Positions 39,701 through 51,700 of a stretch of 64,000 bases of DNA are shown here, piece by piece (position 1 is the first letter of the stretch; each line of letters starts with the position of its first letter). Source of the DNA: Phoronis australis. Lineage: Eukaryota > Animalia > Phoronida. The stretch covers positions 62,001 to 126,000 of the forward strand of contig NMRA01000370.1 of the NCBI GenBank assembly GCA_002633005.1, read 5' to 3'. The translations under genes were made by a program, and so were the position numbers. The notes below the pieces were generated by a model. The model did no database searches and was not told where the DNA came from. It saw only the letters and a list, made by a program, of their open reading frames with translations.

Positions 39701-42700
39701 CTACTGGATCGATTTGAGAAGCATTTGTGTGCAGACGACATATCAAAGAGGTCAGAGGTCATTTTACCAATAAGTAAAAATGGGTCCTATTGGGCAGAAT
39801 TGTTGAATTTGTGTGGCCAGATGACTGTTGAAGTCAATCAGTGTTCATTTAATCGTCCTTAGTTGTACAAATTGCCTCCTAAAGTATACTCATGAGTTAT
39901 AGTGACACCTCAAACAGGTCAGAGGTCATTTTACCGGCGTCACTAAAAATGCAAACTTTTTTAGCGCAAGAAATGAAGCGGAAAATTAAGAAGACTGACT
40001 TTGTGTCAATCAAAGACGTTAAAAATCTAGTTACCCCAGACCAGTGCAGCGATACGGGTACAGTTCCTGGAAATGGCAGGGGCAATGCTGGCCTTGATTC
40101 GCAGTTCACCTGGTGAGTAGCTTCTCTGTAAACATGTTAGAGTTTAACATTTTGGTAATGTCGGTGCTCAGTGACCTACGGTAAAAATTCTCCCATTTGG
40201 GACAGTGAAAAATGAGGTCGGGGCTTGTACCGAATTTAAGAAACAGAGAATATTGGCCGCATCAGTTTTCGGAATCGTCATTTGCTGCTTCATTCGTCAT
40301 GATATTGTGTAACATGGGAATCATGAAAATGTATCGGCGACTGTTTTTTGGTATTTGTACGAACTGCAAGTCTGTTTTCAGAATATGCTGATGCGAGATT
40401 GCAGTGTCGATGTTCTAGAAATATGATAAAAATCATAATTTTAACCCATTTCCCAATTTTCAGAATCAGTAGGGATTTCAGTTTCATATTTAGCTGTGGT
40501 GTTCCAAATTTTAGAAGCTGTTCCAAAGTGGAGAATAGTTACCAGTAGTTAAGAATAGTTACCAGTAGTGGACAATAGTTACCAGTAGTTAAGAATAGTT
40601 ACCAGTAGTGGAGAATACTTACCAGTAGTTAAGAATAGTTACCAGTAGTGGACAATAGTTACCAGTAGTTAAGAATAGTTACCAGTAGTGGAGAATAGTT
40701 ACCAGTAGTTGAGGCTGTGGGTTCGATTCCTCGTCTTGTCAAGTTACCATTTCCAAAACCTTCGACGGTTGCTCTTCTCAATTCTTGAAAGTATCACTTT
40801 CTTATTAAGGTTGGCCTCAATCTTTAAAGGATACCAAACCCTGCTTTGGCCTATATTTGATATTAAAAATGCCATATCTATCCAATTCTCTGAAACAAAA
40901 TAACGCTTTGTAACCCCTCCTCTCCCCACCTACGACAACCCTCAAAAGTTTGGAGGACATTTTGAAAACTCTTCAAAGTCGGATGTGACCTGTGCTTTTA
41001 GTGAATTACACGGCAACTGTGAGGAAAGACCACCCACCAAGAACCACAATATCCAATCTGTGACATGGGGAGTAGAAGTTTTTAGCTGATTCCTGCTTTT
41101 ATCTTTCAACTTAGACACCAATGATGGATTAGCAGGTGACCTAATGAGGATTGGTTGAAATCATCAAGGTTTTATTATCCTTTTAATGAATAAGAAAAAT
41201 GAGATGGCTACCAGTTTCTGTATTTCCTCATCTTTTCAGGTACAAACCACATGTTTGGCTTGGCACTAGAACTGATCCCAGTGCCACGTGTAAGTTCATC
41301 TTATTTTGTGCACTCTTCCATGACAAAGTCTGCGTCGTGTGCAATTTTTTGATATCATCAAATTTAATCCTCATGGGATTTTGATAAAACCATGCGAAGA
41401 ATAAAGATCACTGATTGGTTCACTAGGCAGAACCACCGTCCCTACGTTACCTAATTTATCCCAATTTCAAGTTCGCTGTTTTGTCTTGACCTATTTAGCT
41501 TTAAAGTTGGTAAGAATTATGTAATTATAGACAGCAGTTACAAATTTATCACTTTGATGAACGCGAGCCTTGAACATATTGAGATAAGACGTGTGGATAG
41601 AAACTGATTGTGTAAGCATTGGTTCTTCACAGTGGGAGGCTTTTGTTACATCTGGTAGGATTGTTTTCTCGGACTATTTTATCCTTGACCTTTTTGTATT
41701 TGATATAACATACTAGTGTCTTACGATTTCACAAATATAAGACGATTTGGTTTGTAACGTGAATGTGAATAGTTTGGGTGTGAAACAGTGCAAGAATAGC
41801 GTAGTTGTATGTTCAGTGGACTAGATAAAATGCATAGCCAAGATTCTCCCTCAAATGGAACACGACACTTTTAAAATACCATGAAGTACTAAGAAGGGTC
41901 AAGTTGATAAACAATGATTTTTCACATTTAAAGTCATGTAAAAACAATATCCCTTCCTGGGGTCTGTTTCATGAAATTGATTTAAGATTAAAGACAGAAA
42001 TTGGGTCTTACCACATTTCAATCTTTAGTCACTTTTCATGAAACATGCCCCAGATGATGGCTTCGTGATAATAGGCACAGTGGCAGATTTAGAGGAGTGC
42101 CTAGGGGGCCATGCCTACCCCCTAAAATTCGCCCAGATTCCATTTGGCAGTTCGGGGGTGCAAATGTCCTGGCTAATACTCTGCCCTGGCCCCCCTGACT
42201 CAAAATCCTGGATCCACCCCTGAGACACTCTGCACTCTAAGCGCTTACCATCATCGTGTAGCTCAGTGGGGTTAGTGCTTTATGCCTTGTTACTTTGACT
42301 ATATTTGCCTGATACTGCAGATGCTCACACTGGTCGGGTTGTTTCATTTTTTAGCTACTAGTGTGAAGCGACCTGGGCCCAAGCCTGTACCACAGAGTGA
42401 AAGTCTGGCTAAGAAGAGTAAACTTAGTGCCAGCAAGAAATCACAGAAATCATCGACAGCAGGAGGTACGAATGGAGGAGTTGAGAAGGAGATTGTGATT
42501 GAAAGACGGGGGGAGGGTATGGAGGGNAGTGGAGGGAATGGGTGGAAGAATGGATGAGAGAAGTGTGGAAGAAAAATATGAGAATTAGGGAATCGAGATC
42601 ATAATGCATCTATTTTGGTTTGTTCAGGTAAAATGATCATACTTTATCTAACTTTTTACAAGCAATTCAATTTCAGTAGCCAAACCGTTCAAAAATCAGC

Positions 42701-45700
42701 AGTTTCAGCCCACCATGTAATCAATTTCTTTCAGCACATGTTTTATTGACGTGTAATGCAGTAATTGCTCTACTCTTCATAATAGGATGTTAGATCAGCG
42801 ATCCTGATAAAGAGTCTTCTTAATGACAGCAGTTCTTGCACAAATCTATTGACATGGTGCCCTGAAACAAGCTAAGTTAGTCATGGTGGACATTATCTGT
42901 GCATGGGGAAACTCTTCAGTTTTATGGCCAATCATTCTCCAGTTCGAAAGTCACGTGACTTGTACTATGACTGAATTCTGAACCTGTGCAGACATGAAAC
43001 GTGAGGCTACAAATTTCACAAACTCAAGGTGTTTGGGATTAATCACGGTAAAAAATACGTTTTTCAAAGTGAGGCGTGTTTTAAGTAAGGGGCATCAGAA
43101 CATATTAGCCAGGTTCATTATTCGGAGTGTTCTTTGGCCTAAAGGTGCACTTTCAGACAAGCGGACATGGATAAGGTGCAGTCATGGGTTGTATGTAATG
43201 CTTGTCCATGTTTCAGGGCCTGGAGCCACTCCCCATATGTCAATCACCACTGCCAAGCCAATCAAAGGTGGGAAGGGGATGAAGAGGAAACTTGAATCAC
43301 AGGGTGAGTTCCCCTGAATTGTTACTGGTTGCAGTATTTCAGTGCTGTTGTTGGCCAATGATTAAACTATTGAGTCTAATTTTTTTGTAACTTAGTTTTT
43401 GTTTAGAGTCAAGAAAATGTTCGTGGTCTTTAGTGGAAAATGGTTTTAATATATTTTAATTTACTAAAATTACGAAGATTGGAGACATTCTCTCAGTCCC
43501 GACTGTGCCATTTCTCTCATTTAAAGCAAGTTTATTAACACAAATAAAGGTTATTGCATAGATGGAGTATGATCGGCTCATGGCTCATCACATTATAATG
43601 GGTGTTGCTTGGCTCATCACAAGGTGGCACATGATCATCAAATATAACGTAAGGCACATGGCTCATCACATATTATGTGTGGTGCGTGGCTCATCACATT
43701 GATGGCACATGTGGATGGTGCTTGACTCATCACTAGGTGGCACATGGCTCATTGCATATAATTGTAAATGATTCTTGGCTCATCACATATTGCAGATGGC
43801 GTACAGCTCATCAAATATAATGCGAGGCACATGGGTGGCACGTGACTCATCGCCTATTATGGATGTCACATGCTTATCTTATTTAAGGATGGCATATCAC
43901 ATATGGCACTCAACTAACTACATTTTGTACTTGTCATTTGACCTTTCTCGTATTTGACTAGAATCATCTGTCCATTAACCGTTCAATTTCGAGATGTTGC
44001 CTACCGTAATTGGGTAAACCTGTACAAGTCAAAATTGTTGTGTCTGTTTAAGATATTACCATCATGTGAAAATCTTGCTTGATGCACTGATCAGTTATTT
44101 AATTCATGAATTATGGACAGTGGTGTTCTCAGAAACAACTTGTGATAATTTCAAGGCTCAGAACAACCCGCTTCTAAAGTCAAACGGAAAGGCATATTGA
44201 AGGTAGCGAAAGGAAAGTCTGTCACTACAGAAAAACGAAAGAGGGTCAAGTATGGGTCGTGTAAGTTGAACAAATTACAGATCTTCTCATATTCAAAATT
44301 GACTGGATTCTTTGGGGGGTTAAGAACCGTCAGATAGGCACTCTGTTGTTGGATTATGTACACAAGCCTCGAAAGCTTATTGATTATCATGACTCAAAAA
44401 TTATGAAGAGGAGGGATGGAGAGTATCCAAAAAAGGAGCAGCAGTTTTCATGTGTGAATTGCAAGTGAGCGATTTTGTCGTTCAAGTACTAAAAGGGCTC
44501 AAATTTCCACGACGGATTCAGTTTTTATAGACGAAAGCGTCAAAAAGTGCGTGCAGTATTTAACTGTAAGCAGTGCATCCATTTTAATCTCCAAAACAGA
44601 AGAAGCCACTCGTTACAGCTGAGGAGCTGTGGTAACTAGCTATTGACATCTCAACCTGTAAGAAACATTTAGTGCTGAAGGTTGGCAAATGGGATGCAGT
44701 GCCTCACGCTTTGACAGTGAGATATTTGACGAAATCTTTAAATCTTTGAACAATCTAGATCAATCTAGATTCTAGAAACTTATGTTGGGCCCTAGAGAAA
44801 TGGCCAAATGTGGCAGATTTCGAAACATTATATCTCAGAAATGGCTGATCACATTCACATCAAACTTAGGTGTCATGTGTAATAAAAAAAAATAATTGCA
44901 GGTGGTCTGGTACACGCTGTACCAGACGTGAGCAGGCCGCGCATGTGGGCCCATTGCACTGATCACCTGGAACTATTTTTGTGCTTATAGTTAAAACCTA
45001 GTTGAGGATCTAGAAACCTGGCTCAAGGGTCTAACAGTGTGGCCTGGTGGGACTCGAACACACGACCTTGAGTGAAGAAGACGGGGCACCTATCACACTA
45101 GGCCACACCGCCCCCTCACAAGGTGTCATGCTTTGTGCACTGTCCTACAAAATGCTGCGAGGAATTTTTTTCAAAATGTTTCACTTTTGTGTGAGGGGCT
45201 GTCAACAATTGGACAAAAATATTTTTATGAAAAAAATCAAAAGTTGCATAAAACAAAAACAAAATGATAGTTAAAGTACCTGTAATAGAGCTTTTGAGGT
45301 TAAAATGTATGTTTTCGTTTACGTTTGCATTGCCGATATCTAACCAGGTCGTACATAACCTTGATTGTATCGTTGATCTGTTGTTTCTCTTCAGCCTGGG
45401 CAGACGAGTTGGATACTAGACTTATGGCGGCCCTCTGCAAACGCCGAGCCTACTTCAGCCTCGGTGAAGACAGTCTCGTAAGATATCCGTAAATGCGACC
45501 ATATTGAAACTAAGACGCGACTAAATCTTTACAACGCAAACTTAAATCAAGGCTGCGTGAGTCAAGTGGGTAGTTGTGGTAACTCTCAGTGAGAATCGCT
45601 CACTACATGGGTAATGAAGTTTGGTTAAGTAGTGCCAATTGCGTACCGAAGTAATTACCAAAATTGTCCTTTTCCCATTTGTAAGGGCTTCTAACAGTGT

Positions 45701-48700
45701 AGTGAGTGACCAAAGCTTTTCAAAATATTGTCTGGTGGTAGCTGTAGTCACAGAACTTGAGCATGGTTAAGTAATAATTTGGAAAAATCTATCCGATTTT
45801 TTACACAGAACGAGAATTGAAAGTAAAATTTCACTTGTCCTCCATACTTTGTCCTTTGTTGGAGAGATTCTACTGTAAACTAAGGACTTCTTGTCATTAT
45901 AAAAACAATTGGTTTAGTTTCCGGACTCCGAGGTTTTTACAATTTTAGTACTGTTGTCCTAAGGCGGGCTGTATAATGTTACGGGCTTCATTAGATAGTC
46001 ATCCATCTGGATTTATAGGTTGCTTTCATTTTAATGTGAATTCTTTAATTAAAGTTGGCTCGATACCTGTATATTACCGATTGGGTTGTTGAGTTTTAAA
46101 TTTTATCTTTTTTGACCAAAAATTATTTTTTATGGTGCTGTGTATGCCTTTAAAGAGTCTTAATCAGTTTTGTGGATGAAAAACGCGTTTTGGATTATTG
46201 CTGGGGGATAGACTTCTTGACATTATTTGCTTTGACTAGAGCTATAAACAACAAAATCTTTTGCATTTTTATCATTTTGTTACAAGTCACCAAGTCTCAC
46301 CATTGTCTGCCAGACTTTGGTTGAAATCAGTGTTGGTGGTTTTATCAGTTAAATACACTACAAATAGCCTGCTGTAAAATATAGTGAACTTTTTAGCTCT
46401 GCCAGCACATTGTTGGACTGAGGAGGTCGTGGTTTGGATGCCGCACTTTGGGGAATCCGATGATTTCAGAAAATCACATTTCTCTTGTATAATGTTCCTT
46501 TTGAAGGAATGTTGTTCTCGTATTTTTCAGTGTTTTGCAAAATAACACAACAATCACGGTGTTTCCTGTAAAATACAGTGTAACTCTCAAGCAACGCATG
46601 CTTTATCACAAGTGTTCCAGCTTGTGATGCTGAAATACCGATTTCTGCTCCTCGCATGATCCGAACGAGTCCTGTGTAATGTGCCCAAGCCAGCGCATCC
46701 ATAAAAATGCCATTTCGAGCTCCCATGGAGATTTTTCCTTCAGAAGTTAAGTCGTCTTGTGCACGTGAGGTGTGCCATCTTGTTTTGTAGATTCTCCTTG
46801 GTCATGTTACCTCTCGAGTTCTGTCCACCTTGACTGGTTTCAATATCAACAAAGTGAGGACCTACGCACCATGGGTGGTCCTTCGAGACCTCATCCACTC
46901 GTATTCAGTGGTAAGTTTTACAGCACTCTTCACAAGTTTTTTTCATAACTACTGCAAAAGTTCAGTATTTTGGAACAAGCCCTTGCTATGTTTTAAGTTT
47001 TAAGTGTTTTAAACTTTCTTGCGAAGCCCAAAAATTTTGCCCAACCATTTGAGCAATGCTAAAATGAAAATATTTTTTGTCAAATTATTTGTATTGACAA
47101 GTGTGGCTAATTAACGTTCCACTTGTCTCCCATTTTCCATCTGAAACTGTAATTTCCACCACATATTCAATAATTAAGGTTGTAAAAATACGCTGAACCA
47201 ATAAAATGTGACGCGCATAAAATTTTTATTGCATAATAGGCGTGGTATTACGGGCACCCTCGTTCATCCCAGAGGAAAGTTGCCTGTGCCTTTTCAGACC
47301 ACCATAAATAGCAATGCATCCTTTTGCAAGCCCTCACAGACTCAAGTAGCCTAAACTAACATTTTGTGCTCTTTCAAATTGTCACCTGTGTGAGTTACAA
47401 GTGATTCGAACCTTGTGGGGAATTTTTCAATCACTTGATGGGAATTTTTGGATATCTTGAGGGGAGTTTCACGTAATTTTTCAATATATTTTGGAGGGAA
47501 ATGACGCTGATATTCGGTCCCAAAATCGAGAGATTGAGGACCTTTAATACATTTGTTGAAATTGAATTTGATGAATCGTATGTAGCTGTGTAATTGTGAA
47601 TCTGGGCATGCATGACCCCATCTTCAGTTTCTAGCACATTCAAAGTTTGTCTCCTGGCAATGTCTAATGTGAAATGGAATAACATTGTTCAGGACAGCCG
47701 TAATAAACCGTCTTCCGCATTGGCGCGACGATGTAAAAATTTGATGAAGGACGTTCACAACGTTGAGGTGTGCACCATATACATCAATGAAGCACTGCAA
47801 GATGAGGTGAGTGTGGCGATCACGTAACTTCCCTCGGGACCTGCTCTTTTCTTGGCTTTAAGAATGCTTGCGACGTATGTTTGCTTGGGTTCTGTTTATT
47901 TGTATTGCCAGCAGTGATCAGAGCCAACATCTCAAGACAGTATGATCCTGTGTTATCTTGCAAGATTCAAAATTATTATAACCATTTAAATCCTAGAGTT
48001 TTATATTCTGTACATTGTGCATTTTATTCCTTCCACTATTTTTAGAATCTCAAAAACATTTCTGGCATGTTTCATTTCAGAATACTTTTGATTTTTTGAC
48101 AGCAGAGATCTTTCTGTCTAGAGTTGAATAAAGACTCATTCTGTTGTGTAGTAGACGATTAAGGAACAGTAATGTTCTGAATAAATACAGAGTGCTGCAA
48201 TTGGAGACATATAAGTTCCCTTAGTCCAAACCGATGCGTGTCACTACAATGCACCTATAATGGTTTGTTATGATGGAGAATTTAGACAGCATATAGTATT
48301 TTGTGGATAGCTAATGAGTATTCAAAAGACAGCGTAGTTTGACTGATCTCACAACCCTTCACAAATGTTCACACTGTGGTGAACAGTCACCTTTATGTGC
48401 TTTCAATGTAATGCGTATTTTGACCATTTTAGGAAATTTGTGCCAAATTTTCCACGCGCTACAAGATGACTCAGGTTGAAGAGAGAAATGCCAACTACAT
48501 CGCCTTGTTCCATCTACTCAAGACAAAATTTAGGTAAATGAGATGGGCGAAGGAGGTTTTCATCATGCAACTTATATTAGTCACAGTGTGCCGTTTTCTT
48601 AGTTTACAGTTTCAAAGCTCTGACTACTCTGATCTGACCCTTGTCTGCGTTGAAAGTTGTCTCGGATTTCACCTCATTCAGCTTATAGGTCCTTTCATAT

Positions 48701-51700
48701 TAACGTTGACATGTGGATGTTTTGGGGAGTTGCAGTCAGTATGAATACTTAACTTCGGTCCTGTATCGAAGTTCACTGCACCAGTTAACTTTGCAGTAAA
48801 CACGTGGATTTAAGAGCGGAGCATCAACACTGCGATGCAGCATGAATGGTCAACTTTGGTCCTATCAAAGTTGTTGCCAGGTGCCACTGTCATCGTCAAC
48901 AGTTACAGGGTGGTGCCGTCGCTAATAGTTACTATTATTTTGCTCTTAAAATAATGACCATTCGAATTAAAAATAAGTTTTATGTCAATTAACGTAATAG
49001 ATGTACCCAAATTGTCACATTAAAAAAGTCTTAGCGTGCAGTGTTACCTTGCGATTACTTCGATGACAACAGTGTCACCTACCGTTTACTTCGAAATCCA
49101 TTAACAACCGAAGCTAGTATGAACAGTTTAGTTAACTTTGCAGTTTACGTCGAATGCTCCACTCAGGCTGGAGTTAAGTCAGTATGAAAAGGCCTTACAA
49201 GTAATTGCTGGAGTCAGTCCCTTGAAAACTGACTTGAGAGTCAAGTCAGAAATTTGATCCTACACTCCCATTTCGCAGTTTACTGAATTAAGGTCAAGGT
49301 CATGTAATTATTTGCTCATCACAACACAGAATTAACTTATGTTAGTATCTAACTTTTACAATCACCTCATAAAGTAGCAGATATGAGTATATTCTCAATA
49401 TACTTTGCTCTTTTGCTTAATGTGATTTTTGAATATTTTTCAGAAATAGTTATGTGGAGGGAAAAAACAAATATCTGTCTTGAGCCTAAAGTTACCTTTT
49501 ATGAAGTGGACACCTGAGCTTTTGCCATATTATAATTAGTTGTCTCTAAAGACTGATTTAAATATGTTGAAATTGTTAGGCTGGCTGTGCTATTGGCTCA
49601 AAGTAATATGACTGTCAGTAGAATGTCGAGGAACTGGTTCTGGGACTGACCACTAGGGGGAGTTCTCTATTTCATCATGGGTGCAGTTACTAGTTCGTGC
49701 GTGGCAGCTTTGAGATGTACCACTGAAAAATTTTAATTTCTACCCCAGCAGGTTTACTGCCTTAACATTCGTTTGTATAACCTTTGACCTCTGCTGGTTC
49801 TGCTTCTTGTTCGCTCACACTGTTTTTGCGACCTTTGACCTCTCCATGTTCACTTGTTCACAAACTTCTCATCTGCTTGTGTTACTGTTGACCTTTTCAA
49901 GTTCTCTTATTCAGTGACTTCTCTATTCGACCATTGGTCACTGCAGGTCACTACTGGAAGCACAGGCCAGTCCTGATCTGCCAGACACTCTGCAGGAATT
50001 ATACAACCTCTTTGATCTGGAGGAAGCTGTAGAGGGCTCTCCAAACTATGTCTACGAGGAACCGAAGAATTCAGATGACATCAAGCTCAACGTTCTCATC
50101 ACCGTCATCGCTGTGAGGATCTAACTTTATGTCTCCCTGTAAAAACAACAGAAGGGATACTAGTCTCCCCTGTCTGTGACTGCTCCGTGCACTTATGGTC
50201 AACTTTTATATTTGTACACTCTCATTAGTTTAGTTGTCATTTGTTTATTTGTTTGGTTGGTTTGTAAACGTGAACTCCAGGGCTCAAGCTCTAAATCTTT
50301 TTACTCGACATCGAGCTTGAAGTTATTTTCTTACTTTTTTTCTTGTGAACTTTGTACAAACTCAAGATTTGTTCTGTTCTCCTGTGCTCGAGTGTGTCAT
50401 GAATATCTAGTCCTGTCTTGCTCTTGGCAACGCCAGCATTAAGCTACAAGTTCTAGTCTCAGCTCAAAATCTCGCCTCGGCTCCAGGTTCAACTCCATGC
50501 TGAGGCTGATCTTAGACAATTACTTTTCTTACCGATTGCAGCACTGTAAGCCTATAAAGTCACATTTCATGAAACGGCTCTCTGGTCTCCATCATTGCAG
50601 AGTTATATTTCCGTAAAAGACAAGACCGACCGTGCCTTTGAGATGTATAAGCTGTTCAGTCAATATCCCGAGAATCTGTTGTCGCGGGCAGTCGATGTGA
50701 TGTCCTCAAATCAGTTCCTAACTAAGTTCAAGGGAGACAAAACGAAATCGAGCAATCTCAAGCTGGCGTCGTCCCCTGGTGGAGGGTATATGAAGTATTA
50801 TAAGATGACTGAGTAAGTTGGCAAAAACAAACCTGCAGTATAACTCTTTAGTGGAGTCATTCAAATGTGGTTTTTGGTTGATCTAGTTTCAAACTGTGGT
50901 GTCCAACAATTCACAAAATATGGTCGTTTTGCTACCACAAGCTTGTTTATGAATACTTTGGTTATCCCACTGCGCAACTGCACTACTTGATTGCCATAAA
51001 TAATTCATAAATACATACCCTCTAAAACTCTGTTACGTTAATTCTTCATTGAAATCAAAGGTGAACTTTATGTGGTTCTGAATTGTTGGACACCAATTGA
51101 AAATTTTACTATCATATAGCCATTTTCATCACTAGATTGTCGTTCCAATATCAGCAAATGTCTATTCCTATTTTTCCACTTGTCAGTTTGTTGTTTATGT
51201 AGATTGGAACAAAGCAAAGCATTTCCTGTTAATATTTGCTTGTATTGACTATTGTCTTTCACTTATGTTTTGTTTTGATACCATGTGGTGTCACAAACAG
51301 TCGCAGTTTTGAAGGCACAGTATGTGACAAAAGTAATCAGTCAAAATACCATTTCTTTTTCTTTTATGGTCAAAATTCTAATTATGGAACGGCTTAGCCA
51401 CCGTACAAACTTCCCTGTTAATTCCGGTCATTCCAATCATGACTGGGAATTCCGGGTCATTTTGTGTGCCTACTTTTGGCATTCACTGTTAATCCTATGA
51501 GGTGCGTTCTGAAGACGACGACTTTCAGACGGATCCGACGAATGCTGTGTCCCCTAGTGGCAGTTTTATTTTTTACCATTTTCCTCTGTTTCTCTGAAGG
51601 TCCTGGACGAATTTTCATGAAATTTCATTGGTAAATAGCTTTCTGTTAATGAAACGGTGATATTTTTCCATTTTTGGATGGATTCGATGTATATCGCGCC

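Noticed and set aside
40531-40710. Regular short repeats here and at 10492, 58875 and 62124 as CRISPR arrays
   Set aside because: Units are contiguous with no unique spacers, no cas genes, and the context is eukaryotic
42500-42580. G-rich tract as a G-quadruplex or exon extension
   Set aside because: Contains an N at 42527 (gap of unknown size), so the sequence is unreliable
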